A stretch of DNA of 64,000 nt, from assembly GCA_002718995.2 (NCBI GenBank), contig PBGL02000007.1, positions 2,306 through 66,305 on the forward strand, in the 5' to 3' direction. Under the pieces are notes generated by a model. The model made no database searches. It had not been told where the DNA came from and saw only the letters and a list, made by a program, of their open reading frames with translations. This DNA comes from Methanobacteriota archaeon (lineage in GTDB: Archaea > Thermoplasmatota > Poseidoniia > Poseidoniales > Thalassarchaeaceae). Numbering within the stretch: position 1 is the stretch's first letter; each line of letters begins with the position of its first letter. This document shows positions 9,337-19,254 of this stretch, one piece after another. The position numbers and the translations under genes were made by a program.

Positions 9337-10809
9337 ATGACGTCCTCGTGGAGGAAGAATATCGAGAGCGATGGCCCCGGAAGGATCAGGATCCGGAAAC
9401 ATGGCCAAATGCTCACCGATGCCATCCTTGTTGCGGATGAATCACAAATTGGCGTAGGGATAGACGACAGGTCCCCCTCTCAACTGGTAAACACTGCTTC
9501 TATGCCTGGAATCGTGGGTGAAGCATGGGCCATGGCTGATTGGCACTTCGGATACGGATTCCCAATTGGAGGCGTAGTCGCTACGGACGTCGACTATGGC
9601 GAAAATGGGGGTTCGATTTCCCCAGGGGGAGTTGGATTCGATATTAATTGCGGAGTCAGGCTATGCTCTACGGATCTAGCAATCGATGATGTGGATCCGA
9701 AGTCACTGGTCTCGGAGCTTTCAGAATGCATTCCTTCGGGGGCATCAAGCAAGGGAGGAGTAATACTGAATTCGGGTGAAATGGACTCAATACTATCCAG
9801 GGGCGCTTCGGCCGCAGTAGATTTAGGGCTGGGGGAATTCGATGATTTGGCCGCCATAGAATCGAATGGCGTACTGGAGAGTGAAGAGCGCTCTGTTGGC
9901 GATAGGGCCCGAAAGAGGGGGACAAAGTCAATGGGGACTTTGGGCTCGGGGAATCACTTCCTAGAGTTGCAGGTAGTGGACAGGATTGTTGACGAGCAGG
10001 CAGCATCGGCATTTGGTCTTCGTGAGGGGCTGGTAACTGCGATGATACACACTGGCTCTCGTGGCCTCGGCCACCAAGTATGTTCGGAACATGTTGCCAA
10101 CATCGAGTCGAGGTACAAGCAAGATGGGGAATTATGGCACTCTAGTGAGTGGGGCATTACTCTTCCAGATAGGCAGTTAGCGGCCGCACCCATCCATAGT
10201 CGCGAGGGTGCTTCCTATCTCGATGCGATGAGCGCTGCGGGGAACTTCGCATTTGCAAATAGATCGACACTCACGCAGAAACTCAGAGATGTGATGCGAG
10301 GGAGGTTCGGGAGGGATGGGGACCTCGATGTGGTATACGACGTGAGTCACAATATTGCTAAAATCGAGGATCACGTGGTTCATGGTAAATCTTGCAAATG
10401 CTGTGTTCATAGGAAGGGGGCCACCAGAGCACTGGGTGGCGATCACGCCGAGCTTGCCGCGCGTTTTTCTGGAGTGGGGCAGCCGGTTTTGGTACCAGGC
10501 GACATGGGGACTGCATCGTGGGTACTAGCTGGTCCAAAGAAGGGCGCGAATGCGGCCTTCTCCTCGTCCTGTCATGGTGCGGGAAGGAAGATGTCGAGGA
10601 CTGCGGCCAGGAATTCGATAGACTCAGGCCAGTTGCTCAGGAGGCTGGAAGAGAGCGGGGTGCATGTGCGTGCTAAAACTCCGAATGTTCTCTCCGAAGA
10701 GGCCCCAGAGGCATACAAGGACGTTGATGACGTAATTGAGCTGACTTCCAAAGCCGAGCTAGCTAGGCCAGTGGCCAGATTGAGGCCTTTCGCGGTAATT
10801 AAGGGATAG
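9337..10809 (+). CDS. rtcB: tRNA-splicing/RNA repair ligase RtcB
   Basis: MADWHFGYGFPIGGV, DINCGVR, GTLGSGNHFLE, IHTGSRG, DVSHN, HRKGAT, SSCHGAGR and EEAPEAYK motifs. Confidence 0.96.
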   Translation: MTSSWRKNIESDGPGRIRIRKHGQMLTDAILVADESQIGVGIDDRSPSQLVNTASMPGIVGEAWAMADWHFGYGFPIGGVVATDVDYGENGGSISPGGVGFDINCGVRLCSTDLAIDDVDPKSLVSELSECIPSGASSKGGVILNSGEMDSILSRGASAAVDLGLGEFDDLAAIESNGVLESEERSVGDRARKRGTKSMGTLGSGNHFLELQVVDRIVDEQAASAFGLREGLVTAMIHTGSRGLGHQVCSEHVANIESRYKQDGELWHSSEWGITLPDRQLAAAPIHSREGASYLDAMSAAGNFAFANRSTLTQKLRDVMRGRFGRDGDLDVVYDVSHNIAKIEDHVVHGKSCKCCVHRKGATRALGGDHAELAARFSGVGQPVLVPGDMGTASWVLAGPKKGANAAFSSSCHGAGRKMSRTAARNSIDSGQLLRRLEESGVHVRAKTPNVLSEEAPEAYKDVDDVIELTSKAELARPVARLRPFAVIKG

Positions 10810-11298
10810 TCACTTGTCCCTGTAGACTATTTCGATAGCATCGCCATCTTGGATAGAGTAGTTTTCGAACTCATCAGAAATTTCCCCATTGACATACATC
10901 ACGATTTCACTATCCTCATCTGCTAAGCTATCGATGATCTTGCTCTCACTGAATTCCTTTTCCCATATCTGGAAAAAGGCCCCTATGGGGGCTTCCATTG
11001 CACTGGGGGTCTCGATATGGAGTGTCCCGGAGTCATCATGAGTATGGATGCCCCTCATCCCATCGCATGTTGAGTCAGAGATACCCACATTTGGGCCCAC
11101 GGGATACTGCTCGCCATTAATCACGATACTCAGGGACGCATGGATATGAGTCACTAATCCGTTGTGACCATCCAGGCAAACGCTAGTTATTTCCCACTCT
11201 TCAACCAGTGGCGTATCATCGGAGGGAATTGCCAGAACAACGAGGAACGCTATCGTCATGGCCCCTGCAAGAGTCAGGGCAGCAGACTCGGCCTTCAC
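10810..11298 (-). CDS. Membrane-anchored hypothetical protein with HxH and HTHD motifs and a C-terminal beta-grasp-like segment
   Basis: N-terminal TM helix, then THIHASLSIVING, GIHTHDDSGTLHIE and MYVNGE...IQDGDAIEIVY. GTG start is an estimate. Confidence 0.65.
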   Translation of the reverse strand: MKAESAALTLAGAMTIAFLVVLAIPSDDTPLVEEWEITSVCLDGHNGLVTHIHASLSIVINGEQYPVGPNVGISDSTCDGMRGIHTHDDSGTLHIETPSAMEAPIGAFFQIWEKEFSESKIIDSLADEDSEIVMYVNGEISDEFENYSIQDGDAIEIVYRDK

Positions 11299-11323
11299 AT
11301 GTCCCCGGTGAGGAGGTAGTATT

Positions 11324-11494
11324 TCACATGCAGTATCCGCGTTTGGGCTGGTTCGGAATTGTTGGAGCGGCTCCTGTCTGGACCCCATCGGACTCCTCCA
11401 TGATTATGGTCAGGAGGGTTTTCACCAAGTTCCTTAGTTCCTCGACCTCTTCCATCATTTCGTCAATCGTTAAGCTATCGCCTTCCTCAGTCAC
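11324..11494 (-). CDS. Small acidic 56-aa protein (below ORF-track cut-off)
   Basis: GTG 11494 to TGA 11324 reads MTEEGDSLTIDEMMEEVEELRNLVKTLLTIIMEESDGVQTGAAPTIPNQPKRGYCM. It has a coiled-coil pattern and fills an otherwise empty gap. Confidence 0.6.
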   Translation of the reverse strand: MTEEGDSLTIDEMMEEVEELRNLVKTLLTIIMEESDGVQTGAAPTIPNQPKRGYCM

Positions 11495-11612
11495 GCAATC
11501 CCATCCCGAGGAATCCCTTCCTCAGATTGCAAAGCGTCAAAATTGGCCTATAAACACCTAAGGTAACTGGGTTGATGAGGCGCCGATTATGGATGACTAT
11601 TTGGGTTCCCGA

Positions 11613-14600
11613 CTAGTCTTCGTCTTCACTCCAGGGCTCATCCTCGTAGTATTCGTCATCCTCATCGTCGTAGTAGTAGTCATCGTCGCCCCTTCCTCTG
11701 GTCATGAAGAAGCCGATCATCGCTACGGCAAGGACAACTACCGCACCGATAATCATGATCGATGAATCCGTCCCTCCTTCGGATGTCGGAGGGGGGACCA
11801 CACTGATTCCCGTTACAGGCGTGTTTGCAGCCGCGAAGTCGATCTCTGTCAACTGCCCATCCCCATCAATGTCCATGACGAGATAAAGGTCTGGCTGCCC
11901 GGGTGATGTGGCCTCCCACATGAAGGTCGCTCTGACACTAGTTGTCTCTGCTGGAAGGTCGATTTCGGTGTCTCCTGACTGAGTGGTAACAGACGGCTTC
12001 CACCTCTGCTCCAGAGTTCCATCAGCTCCCTCTTCCAGAGTAAGCTCGTATAGGCCGACAGTGACCGTTCCGTCCCTCTTTCCAGTGTTCTCCCAGAATG
12101 TGTCTATCTTGACCGTCTCGCCCATCAGAGGGGTGGCGGTACTCACTATTGAGCGTGAATATTGACCCAGGAACTCCATAATTCTCAGAGTTGGGATCCT
12201 TGGAGCGGCCTCACTTCCCAGTCCTGAAACCTCGTTTCCTGCCTTGTCGGTTGATGTCACATAGAATGCGATCTGATCACCCTGCTCTATCTTCATCTGA
12301 TTGAGGGGGGTGAAGTCCAGGTGGGCCTGATACAGAGCGCTACCGTCACCGGACGAGATTAGCTGGAGCTCTCCGGTATCCTCTGTGCCTGCAACCTGGA
12401 TTCCTCCCCTGAGGTAGTACCATGCAACCTGCAGGGTGTTTTCATCCTGCATTCCAATTTCGTCATTCATTGTTATTGAGACAGTGACGTCATCTACGAG
12501 ATCCGACTCTATTATTGTCAAAGAAGAATCAGGATATGCCATCTGATCGAAAAGGGCTGTTGGTGACTTGCTGTCCACTGTGACTGAAACATCACTATTC
12601 GTAATTGATGTTCCCTCTCCCCTTACATTCAGTACGTCGGTCTGCACGGGCATGGTGGGATTCAGTGGAACCCTGGCTGGAAGAACCATTGATACCGAGA
12701 ATGAGCCATCCAGCTCCACCCCGGAGTTAACGACAACTTCCTGGGTCCCGTATATCACCATGGCCTCAACAGTTAGGTCATCTGGGATATCCGAGGCAAC
12801 TACTCCTGAGCCAGCATAATAGACGTGTCCGTCGATTGTGAACTCGTCCCCCTGCCTGAGGTAAAGGGCGGATCCATCATTCTCCATGATGGGAGGGGTC
12901 AGATCTTCCAGTAAGTCCGGGATTGCTACGTATCTGTTATCTAGGTCCCATGACAATGCGCCGATATTGTTATCCCATTCTACCGTGTTCAGATCGTCCA
13001 TTATGCTGACGCTTGGCTTACAGCTTGATTGCTCCTCGTTTCCTTCAGTATCAGGGTCGTCGTGCTCCCAGGGGAAGTACCACGAAATCTCGAATTGTAT
13101 GGATAGTTGAGTCACGGATGAAGTCACTTGCTGTGTTTGCGCGGATATTGGCGTGACGAGACTGTCGGACGCAGACCAAAGTGTACCCCTCGATGGGTCG
13201 TAGGACATCTTTCCGATTTGTGTCGGCCCATCTCCGCATAGCATCACAGTTACATTGTCCAGAGTGTTGATTCCATTCGCCTCATCTATCTGCATAGTGA
13301 ATGTGTGCTGAACTCCAGCAAGAAGGAAGCCTATCTCAGAGTCAAGATCGTATCCCGATGAAAGTATGGAAGTTGGCTCATCCGTCGCGACTATGACTGT
13401 AGCCCATGAATTCTGTGCGCCGGGACTTCCTCCCGTTCCTCCATCCTGATAAGAAAGTCCAGCCCAGTCCGTCCCCTCTAGGTAGAGGTGCACGGGGCTG
13501 TTGAATTCTTGTGCCGAAACATCGATTGCTACGAAGTTTACTTGCTGTTGCCCTGTCATGCCCGGAGAGAGTGGTTGAGACTGAGACTGGTACTCCGACT
13601 CGTCCGCGATACCATCGGAGTTTGCGTCGTCGACGCTGCCCCTCCAGTATCTCAGGGTCAGTAGTTCGCCCCTAGCCTCCCCCTCGTCAATGGTGACGAA
13701 AACTGAGAGTGGGACTGTTGGCTCCCAGACCTTGGCATGCGCGTCCTGCAGCCCGGTAGGGGTGTTGACCTGAATCGGACCAGCAACTGGAGGATTGGAA
13801 TCCATAGTCACTGTAATTTGAGGCGGCACCCCGGTCACGTCCTCTGCGCCGACGCTGAATCCTGTGGGTCCCACAGACAACATTAGTGGAGACAATGTGA
13901 CCTGTGAAAGACCTGGGTCAGGCGTTACTATGCCGCCGAATTGCCCATCATCGCCGACCGACAAGGAGAATAGGCTTCCTGACATGTTCAGTCCGACTTG
14001 GAAGTCCGACATGTCAGGTCTAGCATTGGGCGAGTCCTGGAACCTTACCGTGCCAGTAATGTTGAGGTCGTTGCCCTCCTTTGCAGGGAATGGGTAGAAC
14101 GAAGAGTACTGGTTTGAAAGGAGTCTTCCATACTCGTCTCTAACTTCGAACGAATCAATCTGGAGATCGTTCTCGACAGCCTTGGAGCCACCTTGGCCAC
14201 TGTGGGAAACCGCAGGCCAAACAGTCTCGCCATACTCGTCATAGGCCTGAGCGACCCATCGAATCGAGTCGACGTCGTCCCAATTCCAATTTACATCGAA
14301 TACCCAAGTTACCGTGACGTCGTCATAGCCGTCATTGTGCGTGGTAATGGCGACACTTGAGGCACCCATGGGGGCCACGTTGCTCCCATACGACTGTGTG
14401 AATGAAACTGAATCAGTGCCTTGGCCCCAGAGGCCGTCGGCACTATTCTCAACTTCGAACATCAGTATCTGCCCGTCGGAAGCGGTGCCCTTCAGTGTGA
14501 TGTGGGATATCATCGAATTATCATCCAAATGGTGGTGCATGGTTTCAATCTCCACTGAATTGCCGTCTGGGAATAGCGTATTGGGAACCTGGAAATCCCT

Positions 14601-17600
14601 GTTTGTTAGGACATAGTCGAATTTCATATCCCCGTCTATCGAAACAGCTCCAGAGACTGCAGAAATTGTGACTGGGATTGAGACATCGGTCGGAGGTGGA
14701 TCGTCCTGCGTCTGTGAATCGTGATATGATGAAACCATAGGCCCGAGTCCCGAGACATTCTCGAAAATCAAGTAGCTAATCCCTAAACGGGTGAGGGAAA
14801 CGGTCTGTGCGGTGTTTGAAGTCACACTGACTGGGACTTCCTTCCATACCCTGCCCGTATCGACATCGGTATGGCTACCTGCAATTGCGTTAATGGCCAT
14901 AATCTGACTGGAGTCGAGAATTGAATGGAATGGTTTCAGTGGCGATGTACTTGACTGAGAGGCCCCTGCAATCGAGACGCTTACTGGTGTTTCGAAGCCA
15001 TCGGAATCCGGAGCGACCGAAACTATCCCATTATTGACGACCGCATTTGCTGGTAGTCTGACATTGACCGTGGTTGCGGTGGAGCCATCCAGATACATCA
15101 CATCACTTGTTGTGAATGTGTCCATACCATCGGAGATTAGTGACTGCCATCCATAGTGGCCATAGTCGGAGCCAATTGGGAATGACCATTCTGTGGTTCC
15201 ATCATCGAGGACATCGATTGAGGGGGAATCGGCTGGCTCAGCGAAATCGGCAGTCACCACAAGTCTGTCAATCCAGCCATTTGTTGGTAGGCTAACTGAA
15301 ACTCCAAATCCTGGTTGTGGATATGTGAAAGATACTCCTCCCTGAGTCGTCTGACCCAGAGTCGCGCCATTTGAGTCTAGGATTGTGACCATTATGCCAC
15401 CTGAGTAGTTCCCACCAAGGCTAACGCTCTTGATTGGTCTTGAAGATGGGGTGAACTGGGACGTTATCGTGCCGGCAATACTTGTTGCGTTGAGGAGACC
15501 GTCCACTACCTCTACTCCCGTGGACATACTCCATCCGTTGCCTCCTGAAGATGCAGCAGCGAGAATCCTCTTGCCTCCAACGTGTACCTTGAGTATCTCG
15601 GGAGATGATTCTTCATCATCTGTGTCCATCAGGACCTTGAGTCTGATCTGAGGATGTGTAGTTGTGTCAACACCAGAAAGTGAAATTGGGAATGATACGT
15701 TTGTGAATCCCGGGATATCAAGTCCAGAGTCCTTGTCTACGAGAGTCCCACGGACCCATGTATCATCAGGGATACTGGCAGTCACATCTATCCAGCCTAG
15801 GTTGAATTCGTCCATTGCAGAGGCATCTATTGTTGGGCTGAGCCATGCCCCTCCTTCGCCATAGTTTGCCAGAAGAACGCCGAAGTTGTCGATGTACCCC
15901 CCAGCATACTGAACGGACGTGTCGGTGTCTATCCTAAATCTAAACTTCAGATCGTCGCCGGCATAGGAATCGAGTGGTGCGATCAGGGTCTCGAATACGT
16001 TTCCATTGCCGCAGTCACCGCTCATCCATGCATTGTTTCCATACATTGCATTTCCTGAGTAACCTACAGAACCGTCGTACCATCCGGCAATTCCTGGGTC
16101 GAAGTACTGCCAGCCGCCGTTGTTTACCTTGATGTACAGGCCTACAGCATCCCAGTAGTTCTCCGTACATATCCACTTGTCGAATGTCAGTTGTGTAGAC
16201 CCGTTTGCAGGTATCGAATAGGTTGGTGAAATGAGGTAGGCATCCGCGCCATTGCAATAAACACCGTTCAGGTTTGTCCCGTAAAGATACGGGAATGATG
16301 GCTCCTGAGTGCCTACTCCGGACGAGGATCCCAATTGGCCGTACTGCCAACCGCAAGAGCCAGACGAACCCGACTTGGACCATCCTGCTGCGTTATTGGT
16401 AGCGGGATCGCTGGCTGTGCTGTCCTCGAATCCCATCCCGACACTCTGGGTGCCTCTGGTCCAGATATAGTGAGTCCACTGATCCGCCCCGGCGGTACCA
16501 CTATTTGTGGTCGCGCCGTAATGGAACATGGAAGACGGAGTTTCGACTAAGTCCTGGAACAGAACGCTGTCATTGTAGTCTACGACCCTGATGGCATCGA
16601 CGGTGAGGCCTTCCTTCTCGTCGCCTGGATAACTTCCGCCATAGTGGGTATACTGATCCGTGTCAACAATTATCCTCATGTAGACATTGGCCTGATTTCT
16701 GAATGAAGTGGGGATGTCCAGAGAGATTGTTCTGATTCCATTGCTCTGCTGGCCGTAGGAAGTTCCAGAGGCGTCAGTGTAACCGTATCCGGGAATGGCC
16801 CCTGCCCTGTCTTCGCAATTCGACGCAGTTGACGAAGTTGATGACGAGATGTCTGTCCATGTGTTGTTGTTTAGTGAAAGCTCGACACATGCATTGTCAT
16901 TGTAGTACCCGTAGAGGTCCCACTCCATGTCTATCTCTATTGCAGATGTGCTGTTTGTTCCAGTCAGGTCTATTGTCCTCTGGAGAGCCCCATATGCGTT
17001 ACCAAGATAGTTGCAATATGTTGCTGTGGTGGTGTAGCAGCCGTGATGCCAGACTCCGTACTGGACACCATCATTGTTGAAGTGTATGTTGTCAATGAAC
17101 CAGCCTGGCCTCTCGTAAGATGCACCTGGGTCAGTCCAGACGTGGAATTTTAGCTGCAAGTGAGTGGCTGACGATATCCCACTGATTGACTGGAGAGAGA
17201 AATTGGAAGACACCCACCCGCTGTGAGTGGTGGAAGCGAAGACTGGCATTGTGCCGGTCGGCGCGCCGGTAACAGAGGGTGCGTCGCTAGAGATGGTGCT
17301 TGGGTAGCCGCCGTCCGGCGCTATCCAAGTCCAGTCCCCCCATGCAGTGGGACCGTCCCTGATCCTGTATTCCACCCATGCTCCGTCACCACCGCCCGAT
17401 GGCGTACTGTCCAGATGGTACCAGTGATCGAATGTGACGTAGAAGGCGTTCATCTCTGATGAGTCAGGCACGGATATGGCCTCGGTAAGGAGGAATGTGT
17501 CGGTGCCGGCAGGAAGAGGCTCCCCGGGGAGTGTCGCAGCCACGACCAGTCCCTCGGTGGCTTGTGCCGGGATGACTCCGTAGGACATGTTAATCTGGTC

Positions 17601-18833
17601 GCCCCAGAGAGTCCCATTCATTCCAGACAGAGTTGTGGCCTGCCACATCCTAGGGCCATTGCAGATGTATTCTGTCGAGGAAACCTCGTTGGTATCGAGT
17701 GATCCGTCTTCATCGACGTCGAGGCCTGATTCGACCTGGTAGCCACCATAGTCACAGTTCGATCCTTCTGCCTCCGAGGTGACGCTTAGCTCGTAATCAA
17801 AATATCCCCCCAATGTTGCAGTTACTGAGCCACCGGAGCCAGTAGTATCGCTGATTGAAATTGATGGCGCGCTAGAGTATCCAGATCCGCCGGAGATTAT
17901 CTCAGTACTGTGAATTGGCCCTGAAGTACCTACAACGGCGACTAGCTGGGCACCAGAGCCACCGGATGGTATTGCGTAAATCGTATCTGAGCTTGTGTAG
18001 CCTGATCCAGAGTTAGAGACAACTACCGAGGTAATCGCTCCCGAGCCACTGACCGTTCCTACGTAGGCAGTAGCTCCAGATCCCCCGCATGCTCCCGGAC
18101 AGATTATGTTGATGCTGGAGTTTACTGAGTAGCTGGTCCCTCCTGATTGGATAGTGATGCTGTCAATACCCGAACTGATCGAGTAGTTTCCTGAGAATCC
18201 TGAGCCACTTCCTCCCGAAGCCGAAAGCGTTCCAGCGGTGTAGCTCGAGCCTGCACTGGCCACTGTTAGGCCGGTGACTACGTCCGATAGTGCATTGGCG
18301 CTACAATAGTAAATGACATCGGTAATCTCACCAGAGTCCAATGAAGAGTCGAAGTCATTGTCCGGGCCATGGCTTAGGTATGTTCCATTGCCACCATTGC
18401 AAGAAGTTAGGTTAGTACCCTCGGATACATCGTAGACCCTTTCCCAACCCGGAGTGTAGGTGAATCTGTCGTTCATCGAAACCGTGATGTTACCAGTATC
18501 AAAGGTATCGATACTAGATCTAGTGCCGTCGTCCTTGATCACGATCGACTCGTCGTCTGTGTACTCAGTGTTGTAGAACACGCCAGAGTCTAAATCGGTT
18601 CCTTCCCATGTGAAGCCGGAGTCTGTATCACTGGCCATTTGAGAGTCAGTGACATGGAGCCATCCATCCTGAATCGTAGCATTCCCAGGAACCTGGAAAC
18701 CGGAAACCGTGACCGATTCATCGGGGTTCACCGATGAGGGCCCACTCCAAGAAGAAGTGGCGGCGTTCGTTAGGGGTGCAAGCAACATCAGGAGGACTAA
18801 GGCTCCAGCGAGCCTCCTGCGGTCTGTCGACAT
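11613..18833 (-). CDS. Giant (about 2,400 aa) surface adhesin-like protein
   Basis: Signal peptide RRRLAGALVLLMLLAPLTNAA, jelly-roll modules ending in GWFIDN / GLTVDA / GGYIDN, Ser/Gly-rich GSGY repeats, Ig-like domains, C-terminal TM helix and acidic tail DDDYYYDDEDDEYYEDE. Confidence 0.8.
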   Translation of the reverse strand: MSTDRRRLAGALVLLMLLAPLTNAATSSWSGPSSVNPDESVTVSGFQVPGNATIQDGWLHVTDSQMASDTDSGFTWEGTDLDSGVFYNTEYTDDESIVIKDDGTRSSIDTFDTGNITVSMNDRFTYTPGWERVYDVSEGTNLTSCNGGNGTYLSHGPDNDFDSSLDSGEITDVIYYCSANALSDVVTGLTVASAGSSYTAGTLSASGGSGSGFSGNYSISSGIDSITIQSGGTSYSVNSSINIICPGACGGSGATAYVGTVSGSGAITSVVVSNSGSGYTSSDTIYAIPSGGSGAQLVAVVGTSGPIHSTEIISGGSGYSSAPSISISDTTGSGGSVTATLGGYFDYELSVTSEAEGSNCDYGGYQVESGLDVDEDGSLDTNEVSSTEYICNGPRMWQATTLSGMNGTLWGDQINMSYGVIPAQATEGLVVAATLPGEPLPAGTDTFLLTEAISVPDSSEMNAFYVTFDHWYHLDSTPSGGGDGAWVEYRIRDGPTAWGDWTWIAPDGGYPSTISSDAPSVTGAPTGTMPVFASTTHSGWVSSNFSLQSISGISSATHLQLKFHVWTDPGASYERPGWFIDNIHFNNDGVQYGVWHHGCYTTTATYCNYLGNAYGALQRTIDLTGTNSTSAIEIDMEWDLYGYYNDNACVELSLNNNTWTDISSSTSSTASNCEDRAGAIPGYGYTDASGTSYGQQSNGIRTISLDIPTSFRNQANVYMRIIVDTDQYTHYGGSYPGDEKEGLTVDAIRVVDYNDSVLFQDLVETPSSMFHYGATTNSGTAGADQWTHYIWTRGTQSVGMGFEDSTASDPATNNAAGWSKSGSSGSCGWQYGQLGSSSGVGTQEPSFPYLYGTNLNGVYCNGADAYLISPTYSIPANGSTQLTFDKWICTENYWDAVGLYIKVNNGGWQYFDPGIAGWYDGSVGYSGNAMYGNNAWMSGDCGNGNVFETLIAPLDSYAGDDLKFRFRIDTDTSVQYAGGYIDNFGVLLANYGEGGAWLSPTIDASAMDEFNLGWIDVTASIPDDTWVRGTLVDKDSGLDIPGFTNVSFPISLSGVDTTTHPQIRLKVLMDTDDEESSPEILKVHVGGKRILAAASSGGNGWSMSTGVEVVDGLLNATSIAGTITSQFTPSSRPIKSVSLGGNYSGGIMVTILDSNGATLGQTTQGGVSFTYPQPGFGVSVSLPTNGWIDRLVVTADFAEPADSPSIDVLDDGTTEWSFPIGSDYGHYGWQSLISDGMDTFTTSDVMYLDGSTATTVNVRLPANAVVNNGIVSVAPDSDGFETPVSVSIAGASQSSTSPLKPFHSILDSSQIMAINAIAGSHTDVDTGRVWKEVPVSVTSNTAQTVSLTRLGISYLIFENVSGLGPMVSSYHDSQTQDDPPPTDVSIPVTISAVSGAVSIDGDMKFDYVLTNRDFQVPNTLFPDGNSVEIETMHHHLDDNSMISHITLKGTASDGQILMFEVENSADGLWGQGTDSVSFTQSYGSNVAPMGASSVAITTHNDGYDDVTVTWVFDVNWNWDDVDSIRWVAQAYDEYGETVWPAVSHSGQGGSKAVENDLQIDSFEVRDEYGRLLSNQYSSFYPFPAKEGNDLNITGTVRFQDSPNARPDMSDFQVGLNMSGSLFSLSVGDDGQFGGIVTPDPGLSQVTLSPLMLSVGPTGFSVGAEDVTGVPPQITVTMDSNPPVAGPIQVNTPTGLQDAHAKVWEPTVPLSVFVTIDEGEARGELLTLRYWRGSVDDANSDGIADESEYQSQSQPLSPGMTGQQQVNFVAIDVSAQEFNSPVHLYLEGTDWAGLSYQDGGTGGSPGAQNSWATVIVATDEPTSILSSGYDLDSEIGFLLAGVQHTFTMQIDEANGINTLDNVTVMLCGDGPTQIGKMSYDPSRGTLWSASDSLVTPISAQTQQVTSSVTQLSIQFEISWYFPWEHDDPDTEGNEEQSSCKPSVSIMDDLNTVEWDNNIGALSWDLDNRYVAIPDLLEDLTPPIMENDGSALYLRQGDEFTIDGHVYYAGSGVVASDIPDDLTVEAMVIYGTQEVVVNSGVELDGSFSVSMVLPARVPLNPTMPVQTDVLNVRGEGTSITNSDVSVTVDSKSPTALFDQMAYPDSSLTIIESDLVDDVTVSITMNDEIGMQDENTLQVAWYYLRGGIQVAGTEDTGELQLISSGDGSALYQAHLDFTPLNQMKIEQGDQIAFYVTSTDKAGNEVSGLGSEAAPRIPTLRIMEFLGQYSRSIVSTATPLMGETVKIDTFWENTGKRDGTVTVGLYELTLEEGADGTLEQRWKPSVTTQSGDTEIDLPAETTSVRATFMWEATSPGQPDLYLVMDIDGDGQLTEIDFAAANTPVTGISVVPPPTSEGGTDSSIMIIGAVVVLAVAMIGFFMTRGRGDDDYYYDDEDDEYYEDEPWSEDED

Positions 18834-18859
18834 GTGATGTGCTTGACTTGTCACTATTA

Positions 18860-18875
18860 TGAACCAATTGGTTCA
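18860..18875. promoter_or_regulatory. Perfect 16-bp palindrome TGAACCAATTGGTTCA, candidate operator
   Basis: Exact inverted repeat 27-42 bp upstream of the giant surface gene start, in an AT-rich intergenic region. Confidence 0.55.
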
Positions 18876-18942
18876 ATATTGCGATTAGGAGCAAAAGGGA
18901 GTAAAATTTCCAGTAATTTTGAATCTTTTAGAGAATCGTGAA

Positions 18943-19017
18943 TGGAGCCACTGGGGAGAATTGAACTCCCGACCTTCCCATTACCAATGGGATGCTATAC
19001 CCCTAAGCCACAGTGGC
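18943..19017 (-). tRNA. tRNA-Thr(GGT)
   Basis: GCCACTG acceptor stem, anticodon arm TCCCA-TTGGTAA-TGGGA, T-loop GTTCAAT, encoded CCA. Confidence 0.95.
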
Positions 19018-19109
19018 GCGTTCAGAGCGGGGGCGGTTTCCTCTTTGGGTGTTACGCCAGCTTCCAGGGGCGATTAACTCAAGACTAGGTCGGCGCTCGG
19101 AAGGTCGCT

Positions 19110-19195
19110 GCCGAGATCGCATAGCCTGGTATTGCGCATGACTGGAAATCATGTGGGTTCATCCCTCCGGAGTTCAAATCTCCGTCTCGGCGCCA
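19110..19195 (+). tRNA. tRNA-Ser(GGA)
   Basis: GCCGAGA acceptor stem, anticodon arm CATGA-CTGGAAA-TCATG, long variable arm, GTTCAAATC, encoded CCA. Confidence 0.95.
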
Positions 19196-19254
19196 CTAGG
19201 CCATAAACAAACTGAGCGCTTGTAATATGGCGCGCCCCTTATTTCATCGGACCT

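Noticed and set aside
9234-9425. 63-aa ORF upstream of alaS
   Set aside because: It overlaps rtcB on the opposite strand and covers the divergent promoter region, with no recognisable motif.
18943-19195. tRNA pair as the integration site of a mobile element
   Set aside because: I saw no integrase and no duplicated tRNA 3' end in the window, and the flanking genes look chromosomal.
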